64,000 bases of DNA from Macrostomum lignano (taxonomy: Eukaryota): contig NIVC01002179.1 in assembly GCA_002269645.1 (NCBI GenBank), positions 124,001-188,000 of the forward strand. Reading direction: 5' to 3'. Both the position numbers and the translations under genes were made by a program. Positions 44,371-58,117 of this stretch are shown one piece after another. The notes beneath the pieces were generated by a model. It was not told where the DNA came from and made no database searches. It saw only the letters and a program-made list of their open reading frames with translations. Position 1 is the stretch's first letter; each line of letters starts with the position of its first letter.

Positions 44371-47300
44371 ATGACGCAATTGACTTACAATTGCCTGATT
44401 CTGTGTCTGATGCTGTCATGGTCTGCTGTTGTTGCTACTGGTTCGAGCTATCCATCAAGCTGCACATCTGACAGCTCGAACCCACAGCAGCTGACATGCC
44501 GAGGCTTGGATCGATCTGATTGGCTAACGCTGGCCAGCCAATCAGAACCGGTTTGGACTGCATTGCTTGTGACAGATTCTCCGCGTTTAACTGGCAATAG
44601 TCTATGGTCCGACCTGTCCGCGGGCTGGAGATCTCGACTCAAATCTATGGCTATAAAAGACTGTCGTTTAGATTCCCTATCGCTGAATCGCGGCAAGTTT
44701 GAACTAATCGAATTTCCTCAATTAGAAGCCTTGGATTTAAGCGGTAATCGATTTGTTAATATTGGAGATCAAGCGACTGGAGTCTTAGTCAATATCTCCG
44801 CTCCAAATTTGCGTAGTTTACAGCTTGGCAATAATTTGTGGACTGAACTGACTACTGTCGATGCCGAATTGATTGCTAATCGGTTTCCTCAACTTAGACT
44901 TTTAGATTTTACTAACTCACGGCTGCTTAGTAGACTGGATTTCGGGTTCTCCGATGCTCTCCTATCGAAATTGAATGAGCTCAGAGATTTAAGGTTTAAT
45001 GGCTGCTCAAATCTGGCTAGATGGAATTGGGCGCCTGCGGTGCGCAAATTCTTGAGCGCAAGCGGCTCATTTAGCGTCAAGGTGAGCCTGGTGGGAGGGG
45101 AGTAGGGGTAGAAGTGGAAACTGGGTGTAGAAACACAGGTATGGAGAGTAGAAACACCGGTATGGAGTGTAGAGACACCGGTAAGGGGTGTAGAAACTGA
45201 GACGGGTGTAGAGACACTGAGACAGGGGGTGTAGAGACACGGAGACAGACAGGGGGTGTAGAGACACTGAGACAGGGGGTGTAGAGACACGGAGACAGAC
45301 AGGGGGTGTAGAGACACGGAGACAGACAGGGGGTGTAGAGACACGAAGACAGGGGGTGTAGAGACGAGACACGGAGACAGACAGGGTGTAGAGACACGGA
45401 GACAGGGGGTGTAGAGACACGGAGACAGGGGGTGTAGAGACACGGAGACAGGAGGTGTAGAGACACGGAGACAGACAGGGGGTGTAGAGACACGGAGACA
45501 GACAGGAGGTGTAGAGACACGGAGACAGACAGGGGGTGTAGAGACACGGAGACAGACAGGGGGTGTAGAGACACGGAGACAGACAGGGGGTGTAGAGACA
45601 CGGAGACAGGGGGTGTAGAGACACGGAGACAGACAGGGGGTGTAGAGACACGGAGACAGACAGGGGGTGTAGAGACACGGAGACAGACAGGGGGTGTAGA
45701 GACACGGAGACAGGGGGTGTAGAGACACGAAGACAGGGGGTGTAGAGACACGGAGACAGGGGGTGTAGAGACACGGAGACAGACAGGGGGTGTAGAGACA
45801 CGGAGACAGGGGGTGTAGAGACACGGAGACAGGGGGTGTAGAGACACGGAGACAGACAGGGGGTGTAGAGACACGGAGACAGACAGGAGTGTAGAGACAC
45901 GGAGACAGACAGGGGGTGTAGAGACACGGAGACAGACGGGGTGTAGAGACACGGAGACAGACAGGGAGTGTAGAGACACGGAGACAGACAGGGGGTGTAG
46001 AGACACGGAGACAGACGGGGTGTAGAGACACGGAGACAGACAGGGAGTGTAGAGACACGGAGACAGACAGGGGGTGTAGAGACACGGAGACATGGGGTAA
46101 AAGTACGTGTGAATTGAGTAGAAAACACCGCTGAATCCCCCCCGGAACCCACCGCCTGGCACAGAACACTCAGGGCTGGAACTGCAGTTGCGAATCAGCG
46201 TGGCTGGCCCAGCTGCCCCCGGCCTCTCTCGCTGGCGCAGCCTGCCTGGAACCGTTACGCCTTCGAGGCCGCTCTCTCGCAGGCATGAACTTCACCTTAG
46301 ACCCCCTGTTGGGCTGCTCAGCTCCACAGATTGCCAACTTCTCGGCTAAGGCTAACTATGCTATTGGCGACACTGCCCGACTGTTGTGTCGGGTGGCCGC
46401 TGCCCAGCCACCCGCAAGCGTCACCTGGACTACTAATAGAGGCGAGAATGCCACAATGAAACCGGAGCTTAGTCACCGGTGAGTTGGCTGGTGATTGGGA
46501 TTCTGTGGCCAGTAATTTTGGAGGGTAGAGTGACCGTGTGACTAGTAGTCCTGTGGGATAGAGTGACAGTGTGACCAGTATGAGAGAGTGACAGTGTGAC
46601 CAGTATGAGAGTGACAGTGTGACCAGTATGAGAGAGTGATAGTGTGACCATTAAGAGAGTGACAGTGTAACCAGTATGAGAGTGACAGTGTGACCAGTAG
46701 GAGAGTGACAGTGTGACCAGTAGGAGAGTGACAGTGTGACCAGTAGGAGAGTGATAGTGTGACCAGTAGGAGAGTGATAGTGTGACCAGTAGGAGAGTGA
46801 TAGTGTGACCAGTAGGAGAGTGATAGTGTGACCATTAAGAGAGTGATAGTGTGACCAGTAGGAGAGTGACAGTGTGACCAGTAGGAGAGTGACAGTGTGA
46901 CCAGTAGGAGAGTGACAGTGTGACCAGTAGGAGAGTGATAGTGTGACCAGTAGGAGAGTGATAGTGTGACCAGTAGGAGAGTGATAGTGTGACCAGTAGG
47001 AGAGTGATAGTGTGACCAGTAGGAGAGTGATAGTGTGACCAGTAGGAGAGTGATAGTGTGACCAGTAGGAGAGTGATAGTGTGACCAGTAGGAGAGTGAC
47101 AGTGTGACCAGTAGGAGAGTGACAGTGTGGCCAGTATAAAAATGATTAGAATCAAGTGAGTTGCTGAGAAGAAATGAATACCTGAGATTTTTTGCTCAGT
47201 AAAATATATCTGAGCACCAAAAACTAATTATAGTATGCAAGTTGCCGGTTACAGCTTATGTGTTTCATTTTCCTGTCAGCACAGATTGTACCCTTTCTAC

Positions 47301-48765
47301 AAGGTACGCCTGTGTCGTGTGGTAATAGTTGCTAACTTGTTTAAAACAAATTCAGTCCATGAGTTTATGGTGAACGAAGTCTTATTTTTTCGTTAGAAAA
47401 ATTTCTTCCAAGCAAGTATGTACAGGCACAATGCCTTTTGTCTTGCCGCCTCTGGTTGTTTTGTCTTGCCGCCTCTGGTTGAGCTTTGTTTATAATTTAC
47501 TGATGTGGCACGACACGTTTTCGAAATGAGAAATGACTGCCAAATCATACAAATCTAGTCTAGAGGCGGAAACACAGTGTTATGAATATTAATGCTGTTA
47601 GCGGTCTTAAGCTGGTATTTTATATTCTAATTTCACTCTCGAAGACATAAGAGTGAACTTGAGATGAAGACTGGATAGAAGCGAGAGATGTGAAAGATGT
47701 AATTGATCAGATGAGAGATGTTAGTTTTGAGAGCGGAGATGTGAGACGTGAGATTGGCACAGCGGAGATGGGTTGTGAGGTGTGAGAGTAGAGCTTGGAG
47801 ATGTGAGATTTCAATGTGAGGTGTGAAAGTGGAATTGTAAGTTGTGAGAGTGGAGATGCCAGTTGTGAGACGGAGATACCAGTTGTGAGAATGGAGATGC
47901 CAGTTGTGAGAGTGGAGATGTGAGTGGGGATGCCAGTTGTGAGAGTGGAGATGTGAGTGGGGATGCCAGTTGTGAGAGTGGAGATGTGAGTGGGGATGCC
48001 AGTTGTGAGAGTGGAGATGTGAGTGGGGATGCCAGTTGTGAGAGTGGAGATGTGAGTGGGGATGCCAGTTGTGAGAGTGGAGATGTGAGTGGGGATGCCA
48101 GTTGTGAGAGTGGGGATGCCAGTTGTGTTGTGAGAGTGGGGATGCCAGTTGTGTTGTGAGAGTGGGGATGCCAGTTGTGTTGTGAGAGTGGGGATGCCAG
48201 TTGTGTTGTGAGAGTGGGGATGCCAGTTGTGTTGTGAGAGTGGGGATGCCAGTTGTGTTGTGAGAGTGGGGATGCCAGTTGTGTTGTGAGAGTGGGGATG
48301 CCAGTTGTGTTGTGAGAGTGGGGATGCCAGTTGTGTTGTGAGAGTGGGGATGCCAGTTGTGAGAGTGGGGATGCCAGTTGTGTTGTGAGAGTGGAGATGT
48401 GAGTGGGGATGCCAGTTGTGAGAGTGGAGATGTGAGGACTGCTCATACAGTGCTATCAGAACTAACAAAACGGTCGCTACCTGAACCGCAGGTACCTGAC
48501 CCCGTCAGACACGCACGCGAACACATTCCACTCGGATCACCAGTGGCACTGGGACTCGCAGTACACCGGTTCGAAATCCGAGGAAGGCGTCGGCAGCGGT
48601 CGGATCTTTGTACTGCGTGATGCTTCGCTGTACATCGACTATGTGACAAGATCTGATGCGGGAGTGTACACCTGCTCCGCTGACAATGGCATCGGGACTG
48701 GGCCTGTGGCTATGGAGGTGAGATGAAGTTTAACCTGCGATAAAAGGCAAGAAGACACTAAGACC

Positions 48766-48859
<94 letters not shown>

Positions 48860-48896
48860 GAGACAGACGGACAGACAGACGGACAGACAGACAGAC

Positions 48897-48935
<39 letters not shown>

Positions 48936-49065
48936 TAGGCAGGCAGGCAGACAGACAGACAGACAGGCAGGCAGGGAGGCAGACAGACAGACAGACAGGC
49001 GGACAGACACTAAGACAGGCGGACAGACAGACAGACAGACAGACACTAAGACAGACAGACAGGCG

Positions 49066-49101
<36 letters not shown>

Positions 49102-51698
49102 GGCAGGCAGACAGACAGACAGGCAGGCAGACAGACAGACAGGCAGGCAGACAGACAGACAGCCAGACGGATATATAGACAAATAATATGCAGTGTATTG
49201 TGTTCTCTTGTAAATTCCTGTATAATCTTTATCGAGCACTTCCTGTCTCCTTCACCTCTTTCACTCTCTTCAGCTAGTGTTCACGCTCAAGTACGAAGTA
49301 CTTCGCGAAGTGAAAAAGTACGGCATCATAGTCGGCGCAGCGTGTGCAGCCTCCCTGCTCGGCATCGGATTCTTCATCGGTTTAATCCGCCTAATCGTTC
49401 GAAAATGCTCCGAGGAGGAACGGAAAAGACAGAATTCCATCAAAGAGATGCTGGAACACCTGGAGTCCTACAGAGGGGCCAAGATGGAGCAGTTTAAAGA
49501 ATGCAAAGGCTGGCTTCGAACCTGCGGCAGTAACCAGGTGGGCAATTACAATGCCAGGGTTGGCAAAGTAAAAGAGGCCTGCATCAACAATATGCTGCAC
49601 ATGCAAGAGAGCTACAATCGGCGAATTGCCAAGATAAGGGACCACTGCGACTCGCAGATTGAACGGCTGAGGGAGAGCTACAACTGCCAGATGGGTCGCA
49701 TCAAGGATTACCGGTCTAACCAGGTGTGTATTGAGTGTGCCTGGGGATTTGGGATCGGTATTTGAGTATTAGAGATTAGGAATTAGTATTTCAGGACTGG
49801 AATTTCAGATTAGTATTTAAGGACTAGGGATCGGGTGTTTAGGGATTAGGGATCAGTATTTGAGGATTAGGGATCGGTATTTGAGGATTAGGGATAAGTA
49901 TTCGAGGATTAAGGATCAGTATTTGAGGATTAGGGATCAGTATTTGGGGATTAAAGATCAGTATTGCAGCATTAAGGATCGGTAGTTGGGGATTAGGGAT
50001 CAGTATTTGGTGATTTGGGGTCGGTATTTGAGTATTAGGGATCAGTATTTGAGGATTAGGGACCGGTATTTGGGTATTAGGGATTAGGAGTTAGTATTTG
50101 AGGATTTGGGATTTCAGATTAGTATTTGGGGATTAGGGATCAGTATTTCAGGATTAAGGATCGGTAGTAGGGGATTAGCGATTGGGTGTTTGAGGGTTTG
50201 GGATAAGTATTTAAGCATTTATTTAAGCATTTAAGCTTGAATTGAAATTAGTCATTGTGATTGAGGATGATCAATATTTTAGATTAGGATTTAAGATAAA
50301 CGATTATGGTTTTAATATTCAATATGAATTAGGATTATCCTCCTAATCCGCAACTGTCAAAAGGGATTATCTTCCTAATCTGCAACTGTCAATAGGGATT
50401 ATCTTCCTAATCCGCAACTGTCAATAGGGATTATCTTCTAATCCGCAACTGTCAATAGGGATTATCCTCCTAATCCACAACTGTCAATAGGGATTATCTT
50501 CCTAATCCACAACTGTCAATAGGGATTATCTTCTAATCCGCAACTGTCAATAGGGATTGTCCTCCTAATCCGCAACTGTCAATAGGGATTATCTTCTAAT
50601 CCGCAACTGTCAATAGGGATTATCTTCTAATCCGCAACTGTCAATAGGGATTATCCTCCTAATCCGCAACTGTCAATAGGGATTATCTTCTAATCCGCAA
50701 CTGTCAATAGGGATTATCTTCTAATCCGCAACTGTCAATAGGGATTGTCCTCCTAATCCGCAACTGTCAATAGGGATTATCTTCTAATCCGCAACTGTCA
50801 ATAGGGATTGTCCTCCTAATCCGCAACTGTCAATAGGGATTATCTTCTAATCCGCAACTGTCAATAGGGATTGTCCTCCTAATCCGCAACTGTCAATAGG
50901 GATTATCCTCCTAATCCGCAACTATCAATAGGGATTATCTTCTAATCCGCAACTGTCAATAGGGATTGTCCTCCTAATCTGCAATCTGTAAATAGGGATT
51001 ATCCTCCTAATCTGCAACTGTCATTAGCGATTATCTTCCTAAACCAAGCATTCCAACGGGGATTAAACTCCCTAAACATCCCCCCCGGTTGCCAACCGCG
51101 CCGTCAGGTGGAGCGCGTCCGAGACCAGTACAACCTGCAGCTGCTGCGCATCAAGGATTACGCGTCGACCCAGCTGGATCGGCTCCGGGAGCAGTACAAA
51201 GCCCAGCAGGCCTACCTCATCAAGGTGCTGGACTCCGTCTCCATCGACAACTGCGTGTCCGGCGCTGCAGGCATGGAAGAGCCCGACTTGAAGGAGCTCG
51301 GCCTGGACATCACGCCGGATCTCAGCGACTCCGAGGAGGCAGCCGACGTCCCCGGAACTTCTTCTGGTCGGTGTCGACGAAATCGGCGATATCAGCATCG
51401 GGCAGCTTCGCAGCAGCAGGCGGAGGACGGCTGCGACCCGCTCGAGGCGGCCGAAGCCGCTGCCGCCGCCGTGTTCAACAGCCTCGACTCCGAGGACGAC
51501 GAAGCCCTTGAAGACTTCATGACGGCCACGGATGGCGCGCTGTCGATGGATCGGTTGGACCGTCTGGACGAAGAGGACCGGGACTCCTTCGACGCGGAAG
51601 CGGCCGCGGCGACGGGTGCGGTGAGACACGAGGTTGTGCAAGTCGAAGTGCTGCCTGCGCCAGAGCAAGTGGAAGAGTGCAGCGTGGCGATGTCCTAG
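44371..51698 (+). CDS. Type I membrane LRR + Ig-domain protein (IGLR-2-like), about 763 aa, 5 exons
   Basis: Exons 44371-45081, 46165-46478, 48492-48717, 49274-49723, 51108-51698; phases consistent, 2292 nt. Signal peptide; LRRs (LEALDLSGNRF, LRSLQLGNN, LRLLDFTNS); LRRCT (WNCSCESAWL); Ig (LLCRV...VTW...DAGVYTCSADN); TM (IIVGAACAASLLGIGFFIGLI); helical cytoplasmic repeats; acidic tail. Confidence 0.87.
45190..46090. repeat. 27/23-bp minisatellite (GTGTAGAGACACGGAGACAGACAGGGG)n, intron 1 of the LRR-Ig gene
   Basis: About 35 units. Confidence 0.94.
46530..47135. repeat. 23-bp minisatellite (GTGTGACCAGTAGGAGAGTGAYA)n
   Basis: About 26 units, intron 2. Confidence 0.93.
47860..48435. repeat. Compound minisatellite (GATGCCAGTTGTGAGAGTGG plus GATGTGAGTGGG and TTGTG inserts)
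   Basis: Two sub-blocks with different unit lengths, intron 2. Confidence 0.9.
48760..49170. repeat. (GACA)n microsatellite with CTAA/GGCA/GGAC variants, intron 3
   Basis: Read directly. Confidence 0.96.
49745..50210. repeat. Degenerate about 21-bp repeat (GGATTAGGGATCAGTATTTGA)n
   Basis: About 20 diverged units, intron 4. Confidence 0.82.
50330..51040. repeat. 31/32-bp minisatellite (TAGGGATTATCTTCTAATCCGCAACTGTCAA)n with internal inverted GGATTA/TAATCC
   Basis: About 22 contiguous units, intron 4. Confidence 0.94.
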
Positions 51699-51799
51699 GC
51701 AACTTGATGTATAATTTACATGGGGCTCCTGTCCTGGCTTAATGATTTTATGCAACCTTTTGGGATTACTGGGATTATTGAGGCCTATTGGGAAATTGG

Positions 51800-53945
51800 C
51801 AGTCTTATTGGGATTCTTGAGTCCTATTGGGATACTTGAGTCTTATTGGGATTCTTGAGTCCTATTGGGATTCTTGAGTCCTATTGGGATTCTTGAGTCC
51901 TATTGGGATTCTTGAGTCATATTGGGATTCTTGAGTCCTATTGGGATTCTTAAGTCCTATTGGGATTCTTGAGTCCTATTGGGATTCTTAAGTCCTATTG
52001 GGATTCTTGAGTCCTTTTAGGATTCTTGAGTCCTATTAAGATTCTTGTGTCCTATTGGGATTCTTGAGTCCTATTAGGATTCTTGAGTCCTATTGGGATT
52101 CTTGAGTCCTATTGGGATTCTTGAGTCCTATTGGGATTCTTGAGTCCTATTGGGATTCTTGAGTCCTATTAAGATTCTTAAGTCCTATTGGGATTCTTGA
52201 GTCCTATTGGGATTCTTGAGTCCTATTGGGATTCTTGAGTCCTATTGGGATTCTTGAGTCCTATTGGGATTCTTGAGTCCTATTGGGATTCTTGAGTCCT
52301 ATTGGGATTCTTGAGTCCTATTGAGATTCTTGAGTCCTATTGGGATTCTTGAGTCCTATTGGGATTCTTGAGTCCTATTGGGATTCTTGAGTCCTATTGG
52401 GATTCTTGAGTCCTATTGGGATACTTGAGTCTTATTGGGATTCTTGAGTCCTATTGGGATTCTTGAGTCCTATTGGGATTCTTGAGTCCTATTGGGATTC
52501 TTGAGTCATATTGGGATTCTTGAGTCCTATTGGGATTCTTAAGTCCTATTGGGATTCTTGAGTCCTATTGGGATTCTTAAGTCCTATTGGGATTCTTGAG
52601 TCCTTTTAGGATTCTTGAGTCCTATTAAGATTCTTGTGTCCTATTGGGATTCTTGAGTCCTATTAGGATTCTTGAGTCCTATTGGGATTCTTGAGTCCTA
52701 TTGGGATTCTTGAGTCCTATTGGGATTCTTGAGTCCTATTGGGATTCTTGAGTCCTATTAAGATTCTTAAGTCCTATTGGGATTCTTGAGTCCTATTGGG
52801 ATTCTTGAGTCCTATTGGGATTCTTGAGTCCTATTGGGATTCTTGAGTCCTATTGGGATTCTTGAGTCCTATTGGGATTCTTGAGTCCTATTGGGATTCT
52901 TGAGTCCTATTGGGATTCTTGAGTCCTATTGAGATTCTTGAGTCCTATTGGGATTCTTGAGTCCTATTGGGATTCTTGAGTCCTATTGGGATTCTTGAGT
53001 CCTATTGGGATTCTTGAGTCCTATTGGGATTCTTGAGTCCTATTGGGATTCTTGAGTCCTATTGGGATTCTTGAGTCCTATTGGGATTCTTGAGTCCTAT
53101 TGGGATTCTTGAGTCCTATTAAGATTCTTGAGTCCTATTGGGATTCTTGAGTCCTATTGGGATTCTTGAGTCCTATTGGGATTCTTGAGTCCTTTTGGGA
53201 TTCTTGAGTCCTATTGGGATTCTTGAGTCCTATTGGGATTCTTGAGTCCTATTGGGATTCTTGAGTCCTATTGGGATTCTTGAGTCCTATTGGGATTCTT
53301 GAGTCCTATTGGGATTCTTGAGTCCTATTGGGATTCTTGAGTCCTATTGGGATTCTTGAGTCCTATTGGGATTCTTGAGTCCTATTGGGATTCTTGAGTC
53401 CTATTGGGATTCTTGAGTCCTATTGGGATTCTTGAGTCCTATTGGGATTCTTGAGTCCTATTGGGATTCTTGAGTCCTATTGGGATTCTTGAGTCCTATT
53501 GGGATTCTTGAGTCCTATTGGGATTCTTGAGTCCTATTGGAATTCTTTGAGTCCTATTGGGATTCTTGAGTCCTATTGGGATTCTTGAGTCCTATTGGGA
53601 TTCTTGAGTCCTATTGGGATTCTTGAGTCCTATTGGGATTCTTGAGTCCTATTGGAATTCTTTGAGTCCTATTAAGATTCTTGAGTCCTATTGGGATTCT
53701 TGAGTCCTATTGGGATTCTTGAGTCCTATTGGAATTCTTTGAGTCCTATTAAGATTCTTGAGTCCTATTGGGATTCTTGAGTCCTATTGGGATTCTTGAG
53801 TCCTATTGGGATTCTTGAGTCCTATTGGGATTCTTGAGTCCTATTGGAATTCTTTGAGTCCTATTAAGATTCTTGAGTCCTATTGGGATTCTTGAGTCCT
53901 ATTGGGATTCTTGAGTCCTATTGGAATTCTTTGAGTCCTATTTGA
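51800..53945. repeat. 19-bp satellite (GGGATTCTTGAGTCCTATT)n, about 113 units, with a 31-unit higher-order duplication
   Basis: Variant units recur exactly 589 bp apart. Confidence 0.97.
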
Positions 53946-54621
53946 ACATTTGGAGTCTACATGCGTCATTGGGATTCAGAGTCTTATTGGGCGATGTCGT
54001 TAGTATAATAAGGATTCCAATCCTTAAGGTCGGTTCCATGTTTAAGAAAAAATCGAAATTTTAATTTAATTCATTCTTGTCGCCCTGATCATGCACTTAA
54101 TTATCCTATAATCGGTGTGTAACTGACTGCCTGATTAATTATGCATAATTGCGTACAACCCTTCTTCTACTAACTTGATATTTCTTACTTAGTGGTCCCT
54201 GTTTACATTCAATGAGCTTTCTGTTTCGCTGACTGAATGTCTGTCTGGCCGATTTTAAATTCCCAACCACATCGTATTTCATATTTTCAATCTGAAGTAA
54301 CATGTCTTCTAATCGAAGGAGTCTTTACTGTTTTACTAATTACATGCAATCGTCAATTGTATAGTTTGTAAATTACCTTAGATTTAATAACCACCTTTTT
54401 TTAATTAATTAATCTGGTCTTCGAGTCCGTCTGTTGTTTAAAAGTGCAATAGGATTTCACTTTTTTCTCTGTAATTTGCGAACTTTCATTTTGAAGCGGA
54501 GTTTTTTATTCATGCCAGTTTTGATTAGCAAGAATTATTTGGCTTTCTGTTGTGATAATTGCATTGCTTCATTGCTTCTTCTGCTCCTGGCATGGTCTTT
54601 GTCTCTGTCTTCGCCTATCTC

Positions 54622-55350
<729 letters not shown>

Positions 55351-56054
55351 CTCAATCTCGTTTTTCATTTTCCCATCAAATTTGCGCTTCTCACCAAGCC
55401 TATACAAACAAATTCTCCACAGGAAACCTGTATAACTAAATTTTCCAATAAATTTCCGCTAAAATAAACTGCGCTTATTGATTTATGCTACTCATTACAA
55501 GTAGGCTGGTGACAGACATTGCGAATTCATACATCCCCGGTCTGTCCTAAAGTACAGTTTTTACTTACTCTCCGTACTCCGCTGACAAAATTTGCTCCGC
55601 GTAACACACTTCTTCAAGCAAGCCTTTTTCCTGCTTTTCCATAATATGTAAAGCTTGTAATGCTCCTGCTTTTACAATTGGTTAATTATGTGCACGAATG
55701 CGCTTGCAGAATTGTTATAAAAATCTATATATTCTATATTATATCTAATAATAACCTTCACTGCGCGCTTTGGTTTCAACTGTCCTATTATAATTGATTT
55801 CGTGATGCACTTTTTTATATCTGATACACGGCGAAAATACAAGGCTGTCTAATTTCATGTTTAGCTGGATGTTTAGCTTAGCGATCGTCTGTAACAGCAC
55901 CCAATTAACTGCTCTCGCATCGAAATACTGCACTCTTCTGCTTTGGTTCTTTGTTTTCTGATGCACCGTCCTGATCTGCACTCTCCTCTACCCTCCTCTA
56001 CCTTCTCTCCCCTTCTCTCTCCCCTACTCTCTTCCCTACCATCTCTCCCTACAA

Positions 56055-56365
56055 GGGGGGCCGTAGCCCAGCGGTAGCGCAGCTGCTCTGGTGTGCCAGC
56101 GACCCAGGCTCGATTCCAAGTGCAGTCACATTAATTTGGGGCTGAATTGGAATCTCGGCTTGGCTCTGCTCGTGCAATTAACGGCCTTGAGAGCCAACCC
56201 CCCAAGGCGCAGTGAAGTGTACATGCCTAACGATAAAATAAAGTTAGGGCCGCTGTACACTCCTGTGTGAGTGTGTGCCTGCGTACGTATCCGCGCGCTT
56301 GTGTGCCTGCTCAGGGGAGTCGGCGGAATGGGCAGTAATGCCTCTCGCCGGTTGTGTGCCTATGA
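56055..56365 (+). mobile_element. tRNA-derived SINE-like element (about 310 bp)
   Basis: 5' head GGGGCCGTAGCCCAGCGGTAGCG with A-box (TAGCCCAGCGG) and B-box (GGCTCGATTCC) at tRNA spacing, then a unique GC-richer body. Inserted in a CT-rich tract with near-duplicated ATCTCTCCC(C)TAC flanks. Confidence 0.6.
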
Positions 56366-58117
56366 ATCTCTCCCCTACTCACACTACTCTCTCTTTCCTA
56401 CTCTCTCTCTCCCTTATAGCCCTACCCTCTCTCCTCTACCCTATCTTCCTCTAACCTCTCCCCTACCCTCTCTCCCCTACCCTTTCTTCCTCCACCCTCT
56501 CTCCCCTACCCTCTCTCCCCTACTCTCTCCCTCTTTACCCTCTCTACCCCACTCTCTTCTATCCTCTCTCCCTCCCCTCTCTCCCTCTACCCTCTCTCCT
56601 CTATCATTTCTCCTTCTACTTTCTCTCCTCAATCTCTACCCTCGGTATCTTCCCTTTTAGTAGGAAATTAGACATTTCAAATGCAGTAGTATGCTCACAT
56701 TTAGTGTATACGAAATCTAATATTACGAGTAAAGTTCAAGATTATTTAAAACAAAAATCCAGTATAAATCCACTATATTTTTATCCACAGGTTTCAATGA
56801 AATGAATTATTCTAGCACTTACATTTTCTACTCGCAACAGAGTACAGAATAAAAAACTTGTTAAAATTTGTTTGGGTTGCGTGCAGGAATGCTGATGATG
56901 CAAGTGCAGATTTTGGCAAGTAAATGGAAAGGAACTATTACTGTCGTAGCACTAATTTATTGTGCATGTGATGTAACTTTGGGAAATTTTTACCAATTCG
57001 ATTCTTCAGTAGAAATACAGACAAAACGGAATAGTGAATGCATTCATAAAATATACATGCTAGCTTGTCAACTAAATGAAGAATATGGCACTAAAATACA
57101 GAATAGACAATAGTAGTGGGATACGAACCAGCACTCTGCAGCAGTACTATTGATACATATAAATCGTATTGTAATTAGAAAATAGTCTCCTGAGTTCGTA
57201 TACATGTAAAACAATCGTTTGTTAGAGTTGATTAAAATCTTTCTTTAAAAAATTCCAAAGCAAGTTCAACAAGCGTTTTTAGAGGGGGTTGCTCAAATAG
57301 AAGGGCGCGGGAAACTATAGGTTTCTTGGAAAATTTTGAGGCAGGTTTTACCGAAAAAATACATTAGTGAGATAGATTTTAGTTTTTAAGCAAAATAAAC
57401 TTGTTATTTATTGCTTTTGATATAAGGGAGCGACTATTTCTAGCTCTATTGATACTCATAAAGCTTTTCGTTTCTAAAATAAGGATTCTATGTATTGATG
57501 ATTATTATGTATGAATATCAATAGAGTGTTAAGAAAGGCAGACATATCTAAAAGATGAACACTGGGTCTCCATTCCATCAAAAAGCAATAACAATTTTTG
57601 TGCTGAAAACAATGAAAACCTCGACTATTCTCTGTAATGTATTTTTCCGGTAAAACCTGCCTACAAATTTTTTTCCAAGATACGGAGTTTCCCGTCCTTC
57701 TATTCATACTTAAGTGGTCCTTGGGGCTTGTGCTTGTGCGCATTAAATGTACATTGGTTTGCTAACTAGGCCGATGTACATACGATGGCCATAGATCATG
57801 GGGGAAGGCAATAAAATTGGGTGAATGGAGCCAATGTAAATACCGACACTGGGAATTGATTACAATGTACATTCAAAATAGACCGCATCAACCCCCCCCC
57901 GCCCACGGAAATTTCTTGCCTCCTTTTCAGAGGGCTTGCTATACTGATAATGAAGGCTAATTAAAAAGAACTGCACATTGTCAATGTTAACCAGAACAGC
58001 GATTAACCGTAGACTGAGCAAGTGTAAACAAATTTTGTTTTGCAAGATAATAATTCTACATGTAATAATTTTATCGGGGTCCATAGGTCCAATTTAGCTA
58101 GTGTGTTTTTTTATTAT

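Noticed and set aside
49745-50210. Telomeric TTAGGG tract
   Set aside because: TTAGGG occurs once per 21-bp unit, not in tandem.
50330-51040. CRISPR-like 31-32-bp palindromic repeats
   Set aside because: Units are contiguous with no unique spacers, there are no cas genes, and the array is inside a eukaryotic intron.
56057-56128. Functional tRNA gene
   Set aside because: Acceptor and anticodon stems do not pair cleanly and no poly-T terminator follows directly; better explained as a SINE head.
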